The notes beneath the pieces were generated by a model, which saw only the letters and a program-made list of their open reading frames with translations, searched no databases and was not told the origin of the DNA. From positions 288,001 through 352,000 of the forward strand of contig CAVYSE010000028.1 of NCBI GenBank assembly GCA_963771075.1: a DNA stretch of 64,000 nt, given 5' to 3'. This DNA comes from a candidate division FCPU426 bacterium. GTDB taxonomy: Bacteria > Oederibacteriota > Muellerivitia > Muellerivitales > Muellerivitaceae. Position numbers and translations under genes: made by a program. Of the stretch, positions 39,039-48,413 are shown in pieces (within the stretch, counting starts at the first letter, position 1; each line of letters begins with the position of its first letter).

Positions 39039-40940
39039 ATGAGCCGTTTTTTATTATTATTCGTACTGGCCGCCCTTACCGCCGGGCTCGAACCTTGCGG
39101 GGCCCTCACCCCCATGGACTATTACCAAAGCCTAGTGGCGGGAGCCGATGAGGACGGCTTTCAGGATGGCGGCTTTTCCCTGGCTCGTTTTAACAATCCT
39201 TCCGGCTTGGCTTTTGACGCCACGGGCCGCCAACTTTATGTAGCGGATAGGGACAATCAAAGGATACGGGTTGTGGATCTGGACCAGGACAATAGGGTAA
39301 AAACCCTGGCAGGTACCGGCGCGGTCGGATCTCAGGATGGCCCCCTATTCAAAGCCACCTTTAACGCTCCTTCCTTACTCGCCGCGATACCCAATCACCG
39401 CCTGGCCCTTTTTGACGCCGGAAGCGGGCGAATCCGCATTTTGGACCTTCAAAGCCAAACTGTTTCCACCCTCGCGAAAGGCGTCACGATTTGGAACATG
39501 ATTTACCTTCCACAAGACGATTGCCTGTATTTTTCGGAGCCCGACAACAAAAAAATCGAGAAATTGAACATGAAATCATTGGCGATCACGGATGTCGTGT
39601 CAGGCCAATCCCAGCTTTCTTCCCCCGGGGCTTTATGCCTATTTCAGGACCACCTTTGCGTGGCGGACACGCGCTTGCCCACGATTTATGAAGTGAGTGC
39701 GAATCCGGCTTCCGCTTCTGTTTCCCTTTTCCCCGTGGGAAAGGCTAAGGATATCCTGGCCTTGGCCTCTTCGGACGGCATCCTTTATGCGTTGGAGAAA
39801 GGCGACCAGTTGGTCAAGGTGGGTTTGACCGGCCCCGCCACGATCCAATTCCCCACCCCTTGGGGTTTTTTGCTCAAGAATGGGGAACATGAAGGCGCGA
39901 TGAGCCTATTCCATCTTCAAGAGGAAAACCCCGTCGGGTTCCTTTCTTCCCCCTCCGAACCCCGGAAGCTCTACCTATCCACCCAACATTCGATTTTGAG
40001 CGTGCGGGATTATGATTTTGAAAAATGGTGGTCCGCCTTCAAGGATAACGGGCATCACTTGACGGATTTTGATTACCCCGCCCCCAAACCGCCTCGAACC
40101 TTCCGGATCTTGGCCATCGGAACCTCCCGTAATTCCACGTCGGTATTCCTACCCCCCGACCTCAAGGCCGGCATTGACGAGAACATCGAGACACCCCGGG
40201 TCCTCACCTTTTCCAAACGGTTGGAGCTTTTGTTGAACACCGAGGCCACCCTTCAAAACTCGAAGGTTCATTTCGAGGTTTTAAACCTGACCCACCGCGG
40301 GGAACCCATGAGCACCTACGGTTATTATGAAGTCCCTGATTTCGTAAAAAAATATGACATTGATCTGGTGATTGGCCTGGCGGATCAAACGGGCTACATC
40401 GATTATTTTGAGAGGCCCATGACATCCGAAGGCATCCCCGCCCATTCCCTCGATTACGAATATATGTTCAAGCCCCTCTCCCAACGGGCGAATTCGGACG
40501 TGGCCAAAAACCTGCTGGAGCGCTGTAAAGCCCTGAAGATTCCCCTATCGGATAAACAGGATTACCCGGGCGACGGCACTTGGAGCCTTTTTTGCAATGG
40601 CGACTCGCAAATGCAAAGGGATCTCCGGGAGATGACAGGCCGAAGGCTCCAACTCCTTGATCAAAAACTGAAAAATATGAAAACGTCCGGGGGAAATAGA
40701 CCGGGTTTGGTTTTTTATTACGTCCCCGGAGGTGCCCTCCCTAATGATTGCGGCGGGCCTTTTTGGAGGGAGGTTTGCGCCCAGTTCCGCTTGAGTTTCC
40801 TCGACTTGAGCGAACCTTTTAACGCCCTGAAAACCAGCTATGCCCCCGTCTATTTCGACCATTTCACGGCCTACGGAAACGAACTGGTCGCCCTGCTGTT
40901 AGGGCATTACCTGGTCGAGGATAAGTTCATTCCTTTTTGA
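39039..40940 (+). CDS. Secreted NHL beta-propeller + SGNH-like domain protein (paralogue 1)
   Basis: 'FNNPSGLA...LYVADRDNQRIR'; 'FRILAIGTS'; 'DHFT'. Confidence 0.75.
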   Translation: MSRFLLLFVLAALTAGLEPCGALTPMDYYQSLVAGADEDGFQDGGFSLARFNNPSGLAFDATGRQLYVADRDNQRIRVVDLDQDNRVKTLAGTGAVGSQDGPLFKATFNAPSLLAAIPNHRLALFDAGSGRIRILDLQSQTVSTLAKGVTIWNMIYLPQDDCLYFSEPDNKKIEKLNMKSLAITDVVSGQSQLSSPGALCLFQDHLCVADTRLPTIYEVSANPASASVSLFPVGKAKDILALASSDGILYALEKGDQLVKVGLTGPATIQFPTPWGFLLKNGEHEGAMSLFHLQEENPVGFLSSPSEPRKLYLSTQHSILSVRDYDFEKWWSAFKDNGHHLTDFDYPAPKPPRTFRILAIGTSRNSTSVFLPPDLKAGIDENIETPRVLTFSKRLELLLNTEATLQNSKVHFEVLNLTHRGEPMSTYGYYEVPDFVKKYDIDLVIGLADQTGYIDYFERPMTSEGIPAHSLDYEYMFKPLSQRANSDVAKNLLERCKALKIPLSDKQDYPGDGTWSLFCNGDSQMQRDLREMTGRRLQLLDQKLKNMKTSGGNRPGLVFYYVPGGALPNDCGGPFWREVCAQFRLSFLDLSEPFNALKTSYAPVYFDHFTAYGNELVALLLGHYLVEDKFIPF

Positions 40941-40960
40941 TCCTTTGCTTTCATGTTTAA

Positions 40961-42991
40961 TCACTTGACCGGAGGTGTTTGGGGGGCCTCAGGGGGGCTA
41001 TCCAGTACCGGGGTAGGTGTCGGCTCGGGAACGGGGAAGTCAATGATATGTCGCTTGATCATTTCATGGGCGATAAAGTAAGCCACGATGTTGCAGAACT
41101 CGGGTGTGTAATGGCCGATACCCCCGCCCTCATCCGTGGGAAAATAGGTCGGCGTGGAAACAATGAAATCATCCACCAAGTCGATATAAGGCCAACCTTG
41201 TTGTTCGGCCACCGTTTTCCAGAAATTCCGGTATAGTTCCAAGGTTCCCGGAGCGTATCGGGATAGGGTCAAGGCCATTTGATACCGGACCGGTTTTCCA
41301 TCCCTGGTTTTTAATTTTCTCAGTTTTTCCGACAACATGCCTATAGGCTTCCCGAGTAATTCAAGTAAATCCTGGCGGATGGCCTTGTCGGTAATCGTCT
41401 TGTCCATATCCTCCATTTGAAAGGCAACATCGGACTTTGGGATGATCCACCCTTTCGCCTTGCATTTATTGTAAAAATCCTCCGGTAGGCCCTTGGGAAT
41501 CTTGTCCTTCCAAGGCTTCAAACCGTATTCCCCATCCCAATTCATTTCTGGAATTCCCTCGGGTGTCATGGGAAACCAGTAATAGCTGATGTAACCGTAA
41601 GTTGGGACAGTCCCGAAGAGATACAAGACCAAATCAATGTCAAATTTATTGACCAAATCGGGTACCTCATAATAGGGCCAAAGAAAAGAGGGCATTCCTT
41701 GATAGCCATGCCCCACGGACAGGACCTCATAATTCATCGGAACGTCATCCAGGGCCGCCTCGGTATTCAACAAAAGCTCCAACCTCTTGGGCATCGCCAA
41801 GATTCGGGAAGGCCCATAAGGTTGATTGGCCGGTTGATAAAAATATGAAAAGGTCAAGGAATCACCCACGATCAATATTCGATAGGTATGGGCGGGCTTT
41901 TTAAAAGGATAGGTGTAATCATTGAGGTTACTGACCGGGTTTCTTGAGTCCAAACCCCATTTCTCATGGATGTCAAAATCGTAATCTTTCAATCGTAGGA
42001 TGTTTTGACTAGTGCCTCCAGTCATGTAAAAACATCTTTCCTGGTTCGGGTCCGCCACGAACCCGGCGCTCTCCTCGTTAAAATGACATAGGTTGGTGAG
42101 ATAGGGACCCCAAGCCGAGGTAATATTCAAATCTCCTTGAGGAATCAGCCGCCCCCAGGGGGCTCCTTGGGAATCGGTCAAACAATAAAGTTTGTCGGCC
42201 CAGCTTGCCATCGCGAGAATATTCCCGTTGATCCCATTTTGTGAAATGATACTGACACTGGTGGAAAAACTGGCGGAAACAGTATTGGGGTGGCAATCAA
42301 CTTGGTAGGTAATCGAACCCATGCGGTTGGAGACGCAAAGATGTCCTTGATAGAGACAAAGGGCGGCGGGGTTTGGGAGATGTTGATCGTTTTTGAGGAT
42401 CACCTGGGTCAATCCGGTTTTAAGGTCTAGCCTCTTTAGAAAACCTTCAATGGGTTGGGTGAAATAGAGAGAGTCCTCGGTTGGGACATAGGTTAGGTTC
42501 CAGACGTCTGGGAGGGATGGATCTTTTGGTTTTCCATCCTTGTCTGGATCCAGTAACAGGGTGTTCACTTGCTTTTGATCCAAATCAAGGACTCGGATCT
42601 TAGCATTTCCTGAATCAAAGACCGCCAAACGGTTACCGGAAAGAAAGGCCAAGACCGTCGGTTTATTAAAGAGCGCCTGGTCGAAGGGGCCGTCTTTAAA
42701 ACCCGGCTTTCCTGACCCTGCCAGTGTCTCCACTCGGTTGTTTTCCTCCAGAAAAACAACCCGGACACAATGATTTTCCCGATCCGCTACGAAAAGTTCT
42801 GTCCCCTCGGGGTTGGTGGCCAGTCCCTGGGGATTGTTAAAAAGAGCGGATTGAAAAGGCCCATCCCGGTAACCCGTGTCACCTTCTCCCGCAACCAGGT
42901 CGTGATACTGAACGAGTGGTTTCAAGGCAAATGCATCGGATATCAAGCCGTTGCACAAGAGAAAAGCCAATAACAAAAGTCGAAAATTCAT
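40961..42991 (-). CDS. Secreted NHL beta-propeller + SGNH-like domain protein (paralogue 2)
   Basis: 'FNNPQGLA...LFVADRENHCVR'; 'YRILIVGDS'; 'GHYT'. Confidence 0.75.
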   Translation of the reverse strand: MNFRLLLLAFLLCNGLISDAFALKPLVQYHDLVAGEGDTGYRDGPFQSALFNNPQGLATNPEGTELFVADRENHCVRVVFLEENNRVETLAGSGKPGFKDGPFDQALFNKPTVLAFLSGNRLAVFDSGNAKIRVLDLDQKQVNTLLLDPDKDGKPKDPSLPDVWNLTYVPTEDSLYFTQPIEGFLKRLDLKTGLTQVILKNDQHLPNPAALCLYQGHLCVSNRMGSITYQVDCHPNTVSASFSTSVSIISQNGINGNILAMASWADKLYCLTDSQGAPWGRLIPQGDLNITSAWGPYLTNLCHFNEESAGFVADPNQERCFYMTGGTSQNILRLKDYDFDIHEKWGLDSRNPVSNLNDYTYPFKKPAHTYRILIVGDSLTFSYFYQPANQPYGPSRILAMPKRLELLLNTEAALDDVPMNYEVLSVGHGYQGMPSFLWPYYEVPDLVNKFDIDLVLYLFGTVPTYGYISYYWFPMTPEGIPEMNWDGEYGLKPWKDKIPKGLPEDFYNKCKAKGWIIPKSDVAFQMEDMDKTITDKAIRQDLLELLGKPIGMLSEKLRKLKTRDGKPVRYQMALTLSRYAPGTLELYRNFWKTVAEQQGWPYIDLVDDFIVSTPTYFPTDEGGGIGHYTPEFCNIVAYFIAHEMIKRHIIDFPVPEPTPTPVLDSPPEAPQTPPVK

Positions 42992-43174
42992 CGTTTCCTC
43001 ATAATAAAGTCTGAAGAATCCTTTTTCACCAAGTGTAATTTCAATGGTGAACAAAATTCATATTATGTCTATCTTAGGGTACTATTCTAAGGTTATCGAC
43101 CCCCTTTCAAGATTGGAAGGGATATTCCTGGTGACCCCAAACCGCCGCCCTTCATTTTGAAAGGAACCCGCGTA

Positions 43175-45193
43175 ATGGAAAACTATTTTTCAAAACACAA
43201 CTCTTTGTTCTTTCTTCTCTTCTTCGCCGTACTCTTTCCACAAACGTCCTGGGCCCTCCGGCCCTATTCTTCCCGAATGGCGCTTGTTGCCGGCACGACC
43301 AGTCCAGGTTTCCAAGATGGGGATTTCTTAACCTCCACTTTTAACCGTCCACTGGGAATCACGATTAACCCGGATGGAACCGAACTATTTATCTCCGATA
43401 CGGACAATAACCGTATCCGAATTGTTCATTTGGACCAGAAAAACAACGTCACCACCTTATCCGGGGGTAGGCAAGCGGGAAATCAAAATGGTTCCTTGAC
43501 GGAAGCCCGGTTTAATAAACCCCAGCAAATCCTCTATCTGCCGGGGGACCGGCTGGCGGTGAATGACGCCGGTAATAAGCTTTTGCGCCTGGTGGACCTG
43601 AAGGCGGGGACGGTTTCCACCCTTGCCGGAAGCGCCTCCGCCACCTTGAATGAAGGCCCCGCAACCCAGGTATCCATGAGTTCCATCCAGGACATGGCCT
43701 ACTTTTCGGATCTCGATTCCATCCTTCTGGCTTTCTACGATAAGCCGGGGATTAAAAGGCTGGACCTGAAAAGCGGCACGCTGACCCAGATCAGCTCTGT
43801 TCCCACCAACGGCTTGAACCAGCTAAAACCAGGGGCCCTCCTGGTTTGGGACAAAAAGGTCTACCTTTCCGACAGCAGTTCCCCCAAGGTATTCGCCATG
43901 GAATTGAATGAGAAGGGCGTTGCCGATCCGGTATCCATCGCGACCGCCATGTCCTCGGTGATTGCCTTGGCGCAAAACGGAGGCATCCTGTATGCCCTTC
44001 AGAGAAACGACATGGACCCGATGGATCGGCTTCTTCCCTATCATTATCCGGTCACCTTTGTTTCCGACTGGGGCGACGCGGTACAGAATCCGGCCGGCCG
44101 TCTTCCCACTTTTAAGGACATCTTTAACAACGATTCTCATATGTCGTTTGTGACCGATCCAAACGACAAACGGAAATTTTACCTACTTAACCCTAGCTCG
44201 AATATCGTGACGTCCTTCCGGGATCTCTTTGGAACGGAATTCGCGGGTGGGGACGACCGCAATTACAACGGATTCAACGATTTCGCCTATCCCGAGATCA
44301 AACCGCCCCATACCTTCCGCATCATGCTGGTGGGCGATTCCCGTCCGACCGTAATCCACATGATTCTTTCGACCGATCCCACCCGGAGGCAGCTGACCCT
44401 CTGCAAGAGGATGGAGACCGAACTGAATATGTTGGCGGCCATTGACGACCAACCCCTCAATTACGAGGTGGAGTTCCTGGGACATTCCGCCGGTAACCCG
44501 TTATTCCATTGGCCCACCTACGAAGTCCCCCCCTTGGCCGCCAAAAACGACGTCGATTTGGTGATCCTTTTCATGACGGTGCTTGCGGGGGATAATCCCC
44601 TTTCCGCCTATTTCATGAGCCCCTTGACCAAAGAGGGGATTATGCCTTCCTACTATTACGATCCGGAATTCTGCATGAAACCGGCTGAGCAACGGATTTC
44701 CCCGGGGATCTTGAGGAAATTCTACGACCTCCTCAAGGCCCACCACCTGGTTCAAATCAAGGACAACAATTTCATATTGGACAACGCCCTCGAAAAGGAA
44801 CCGGACCTTCATGACACGGTAGTCCAGCTTTATGGAAAACCAGTCGCCGTGCTAAACCAAAGGCTATCCTCCATCAAAACTTCCTCAGGTAAGCCTGTGC
44901 GCCTGCTTCTTTGTTTCGTCCCCGACACCAACTACCTGATGGACTTTTCCCCCGAATCCAAAATCTGGGAGGACGCGGCCAGCCGGTTCAATTTTCCTTT
45001 TTTGAACCTTTTTCCCGAGGTCACGGCCACGAAGCTTTCCTTTTACCCTCAAGATGAGGAAAGCTGGGCGGGTCATTTCACCGCCAACGGCCACCTGTAC
45101 ATGGGTTCGCTTCTCGTGCACGACTTGATCAAAAAGGGCCTCATCCCCTGGGAAAAGAACCCCGAAGCCACTCCTACTATCGATGAAAAGTAA
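43175..45193 (+). CDS. Secreted NHL beta-propeller + SGNH-like domain protein (paralogue 3)
   Basis: 'FNRPLGIT...LFISDTDNNRIR'; 'FRIMLVGDS'; 'GHFTANG'. Confidence 0.75.
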   Translation: MENYFSKHNSLFFLLFFAVLFPQTSWALRPYSSRMALVAGTTSPGFQDGDFLTSTFNRPLGITINPDGTELFISDTDNNRIRIVHLDQKNNVTTLSGGRQAGNQNGSLTEARFNKPQQILYLPGDRLAVNDAGNKLLRLVDLKAGTVSTLAGSASATLNEGPATQVSMSSIQDMAYFSDLDSILLAFYDKPGIKRLDLKSGTLTQISSVPTNGLNQLKPGALLVWDKKVYLSDSSSPKVFAMELNEKGVADPVSIATAMSSVIALAQNGGILYALQRNDMDPMDRLLPYHYPVTFVSDWGDAVQNPAGRLPTFKDIFNNDSHMSFVTDPNDKRKFYLLNPSSNIVTSFRDLFGTEFAGGDDRNYNGFNDFAYPEIKPPHTFRIMLVGDSRPTVIHMILSTDPTRRQLTLCKRMETELNMLAAIDDQPLNYEVEFLGHSAGNPLFHWPTYEVPPLAAKNDVDLVILFMTVLAGDNPLSAYFMSPLTKEGIMPSYYYDPEFCMKPAEQRISPGILRKFYDLLKAHHLVQIKDNNFILDNALEKEPDLHDTVVQLYGKPVAVLNQRLSSIKTSSGKPVRLLLCFVPDTNYLMDFSPESKIWEDAASRFNFPFLNLFPEVTATKLSFYPQDEESWAGHFTANGHLYMGSLLVHDLIKKGLIPWEKNPEATPTIDEK

Positions 45194-45310
45194 TATCGCC
45201 CTTTTCTTAAGGGATAAAAGTGGCTCACCCCTTCGGCCTATCCCGGCCGATGACATCGGGTAAATTGCTTCCGTCCACCGAATAAAAACCGCACGGTGCA
45301 AAAAAGAAAC

Positions 45311-46180
45311 ATGGACAAATATATATCTTCCAAGTTAGATTCCGCTTACCGTTCCTGTGAACAACAATCCTTCTCCCATTATGAGAATTTCCCCGTAGCC
45401 TCCCTTTTGCTTCCAAAGGTTGTCCGCCCCCATGTGGCCGCCCTCTATGTCTTCGCCCGCACCGCCGATGATTTTGCCGATGAGCCCCGTTTTGAGGGCC
45501 GTCGGTTGGGGGAAATCAACCGATGGGAGAGGGCTTTACGGGACAGCCTGCAAGGAAAACCTTCCCCTCCCGAGCTCGAGGCCTTTGCTCACACCCTTCA
45601 AACCTTTCATATCCCGCTTTCCCTACCGCTTGACCTTCTGAAAGCCTACCGAATGGATGTGGCGCACCGCCGATATTCGACATGGAAAGCCCTTCTTTAT
45701 TACTGCCGGCATAGCGCCAACCCGGTCGGGCGGATGATGCTATTGATCATGGGTTATCGGGATAAAATGCTTCACCGTTGGTCGGATTATATTTGTTCCG
45801 GGCTCCAGCTCATCAACTTCTGGCAGGACACAGCCATCGATTTAAAAAGAAAGCGGATTTATTATCCCTTGGAGGAATTGAAAAGCTCAGGCGTCAAATC
45901 CTCGGATTTGCTGGCCCTTCGGGATTCCCCCCAGGTTCGGGTGCTCGTGCGCTCATGCGTGAACTATACGGAAAACTATTTCCGTTCGGGCTATCCACTG
46001 CTTTCCCACGTTCGAGGGCGGTTTCGGCTGGAACTTCAGGCAACTTACCTGGGCGGTCAGGGAATCCTCTCTAAAATACGCGCCCTGGATTACAATGTGA
46101 TTCAGAATCGCCCGTTTTGGAACCGGTTCGATAAAGGGGAGCTGGCTATCAAGGCGCTCCTGGGTTTCATTCGCCCCTAA
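45311..46180 (+). CDS. hpnC: Squalene synthase-like HpnC (hydroxysqualene synthase)
   Basis: 'HYENFPVAS', 'FARTADDFADE', 'YCRHSANPVGR', 'QLINFWQD'. Confidence 0.9.
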   Translation: MDKYISSKLDSAYRSCEQQSFSHYENFPVASLLLPKVVRPHVAALYVFARTADDFADEPRFEGRRLGEINRWERALRDSLQGKPSPPELEAFAHTLQTFHIPLSLPLDLLKAYRMDVAHRRYSTWKALLYYCRHSANPVGRMMLLIMGYRDKMLHRWSDYICSGLQLINFWQDTAIDLKRKRIYYPLEELKSSGVKSSDLLALRDSPQVRVLVRSCVNYTENYFRSGYPLLSHVRGRFRLELQATYLGGQGILSKIRALDYNVIQNRPFWNRFDKGELAIKALLGFIRP

Positions 46181-46218
46181 AACTAAAGCTCTCTATTAAA
46201 TTCCCAAGAGGAAGCGGC

Positions 46219-47073
46219 TTGAACCTCCAACATGGGTCGCTGGAAAAAAAATCCAGTTTTTATTTCCCCCTCCTTTTGCTTCCCTCCCGGCAAAGGGCCG
46301 CGATGGAGGAACTTTACCGTTTTTGCTGGACCGCGGACGAGATCGCGGACGCTCCCCACCCCCTTTCCGAAAGAAAGCGATTAATCCAACAACTGGCCCA
46401 GGAGCTACGTAGGGCTTTCCAGGGAAAAGCCAAGGCGGATTGGATGAAATCCTTTCAAGGGGTCATCCAGGATTTCCAACTTTCCCCCGAGCCCCTGGAG
46501 AGCATCCTGAAGGGGGTCGCGAGGGATTTTAAACAAGTCCGTTTCAATGAGTTCAAGGAACTATATTCCTACGCCCTTCAAGTGGCGGGTGGTCCCGGCC
46601 TGGCGAGTATGGAGATTTTCGGTTTCCGGGACGAGCCCCATCGCCTTTACGCCGAAAATCTGGGTGTTTTTCTTCAGTTGGTCAACATTACCCGGGATTA
46701 CAAGGAAGATCTGGAATTAGGACGCGTTTATTTTCCCGCGAAGGACTTCCGCCGGTTCCATTTGACCCCGGGTAAAATCGAAAGGGAAAATTCCCATTGG
46801 CCCCTCTTCGTTCGATTCCAGTTGGATCGGGCTTGGAGCTTCCTGGCCTTTTCCCGATCCGCCCTTTCCAGCCGTCAAAGGGCTTGTTTGACCACCGCCG
46901 AAGCGATCGCGGCGGTCTACGTAAAGCTTTACCAGCGCCTTTACGACCAGCCCCATAAGATCCTGGAGGAAAAAAGGTCTCTTTCCCGATCGGACAAATT
47001 GTTGTCCGTCGTTGGTGCACTGGGCCGTTGCGCCTTGGGGAGCGTCCTGCCAGATTCAAAAGGGAAGCCATGA
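46219..47073 (+). CDS. hpnD: Presqualene diphosphate synthase HpnD (phytoene/squalene synthase family)
   Basis: 'SSFY', 'YRFC..ADEIAD', 'QLVNITRDYKED..GRVYFP'; lies between hpnC and hpnE. Confidence 0.82.
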   Translation: MNLQHGSLEKKSSFYFPLLLLPSRQRAAMEELYRFCWTADEIADAPHPLSERKRLIQQLAQELRRAFQGKAKADWMKSFQGVIQDFQLSPEPLESILKGVARDFKQVRFNEFKELYSYALQVAGGPGLASMEIFGFRDEPHRLYAENLGVFLQLVNITRDYKEDLELGRVYFPAKDFRRFHLTPGKIERENSHWPLFVRFQLDRAWSFLAFSRSALSSRQRACLTTAEAIAAVYVKLYQRLYDQPHKILEEKRSLSRSDKLLSVVGALGRCALGSVLPDSKGKP

Positions 47074-47074
47074 C

Positions 47075-48412
47075 ATGAGCCAAGTGATCGTGGTAGGAGG
47101 GGGATATGCCGGGATTTCAGCCGCCACCGCCCTTGCCGAGCGGGAAATAGGCGTGACCCTGTTGGAAACCCGTTCTTCCCTGGGAGGGCGGGTTTACACC
47201 ATTCCACCCTCCAATTACTTTCCGGCCCCTTGCGATAACGGACCCCATCTTTTTATGGGATGCTACCAGGATACGTGGAAGCTTTTTGACCGATTAGGCG
47301 TCGAAAACGCCTTTCATTGGATCAACCCGCTGGAAATCACATGGATGACCCAAGGAGGTATTCCGGCTTCCTTTACTTGCGCGGATCTTCCGGCACCCCT
47401 CCATTTAGCGGTCGGATTAATCCGGTCCAAGGTTTTTCCCTGGCGTGAAAAACTTTCGCTGGCCCTGGCCCTTCGTCATTTCTCACAGAAACCCTTTTCT
47501 TTACCTCCCGGAGTTCTCACCCTGGCTCAGTTCCTCGACCGGACCCGCCAGGGGCCCCTCTCCCGGGAAAGGTTTTGGGACCCCCTTTGCCGTGCGGTCA
47601 TGAACCTCCAGCCCGATCTTGCCTCCTTGCCGGAATTCGGGGAGGCCTTGCACCGCGCTTTTTTTGGGAAACGTTCGGAATGCACGATGGCTATTCCCTC
47701 AAAGCCCCTCAGTGAGCTGGGCTTTCCCCTGGTAGAAGACTACCTGACAAAAAGAGGTGGATTGGTTCATCGTGGAGATGGGGCTCGCCGTCTTCGCCTG
47801 GCCAGCGGGCCCTTTAAGGTTGAAACCGCCTCTGGCATGGTTTACACCGGGGACGCGCTGGTTCTGGCCCTTCCTCCCCGCTCGTTGGAATCCCTCTGGG
47901 CCACGTCCGGTCTTACCCCTCCCCTATCCTCTGAAAGGATGGGACGATCTCCCATCCTTTCAGTAAATCTTATTTTGGACCACCCCGTGATGGAAGGCCA
48001 TTGGGCGGGTCTCCCAGGCGCCCATTTCGAGTGGGTTTTCAATCGGAATTCCAACTGGGCATACGCCGGACCCGGCCAATACCTGAGCCTGGTATCCAGT
48101 GCGGACCCGGGCCTCGCCTCGAGGAACGAAAAGGAGATCCTGATCCTGGCCCTGGAAGAACTTCAGCGCCATTTCCCCTTGGCCCAAACGGCCCAACGGA
48201 TTCATTCCAAGGTAGTCAAGGAAATGGCCGCCACCCTATCCTTGACTCCGGCTATTTCCACTTTGCGGCCGAAATGCGAATCGGCTTTTGAGGACGTTTT
48301 CTTGGCCGGGGATTTCACGGCCACTGGGTTGCCAGCCACCATCGAGGGCGCTTGTTTCTCGGGCCACCGGGCGGCCGATAAGGTAACGGATTATTTAAAA
48401 TCAAACACGTGA
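47075..48412 (+). CDS. hpnE: Hydroxysqualene dehydroxylase HpnE (FAD-dependent)
   Basis: 'GGGYAG', 'LGGR', 'DNGPHLFMGCY', 'LAGDFTATGLPATIEGA'. Confidence 0.9.
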   Translation: MSQVIVVGGGYAGISAATALAEREIGVTLLETRSSLGGRVYTIPPSNYFPAPCDNGPHLFMGCYQDTWKLFDRLGVENAFHWINPLEITWMTQGGIPASFTCADLPAPLHLAVGLIRSKVFPWREKLSLALALRHFSQKPFSLPPGVLTLAQFLDRTRQGPLSRERFWDPLCRAVMNLQPDLASLPEFGEALHRAFFGKRSECTMAIPSKPLSELGFPLVEDYLTKRGGLVHRGDGARRLRLASGPFKVETASGMVYTGDALVLALPPRSLESLWATSGLTPPLSSERMGRSPILSVNLILDHPVMEGHWAGLPGAHFEWVFNRNSNWAYAGPGQYLSLVSSADPGLASRNEKEILILALEELQRHFPLAQTAQRIHSKVVKEMAATLSLTPAISTLRPKCESAFEDVFLAGDFTATGLPATIEGACFSGHRAADKVTDYLKSNT

Positions 48413-48413
48413 A

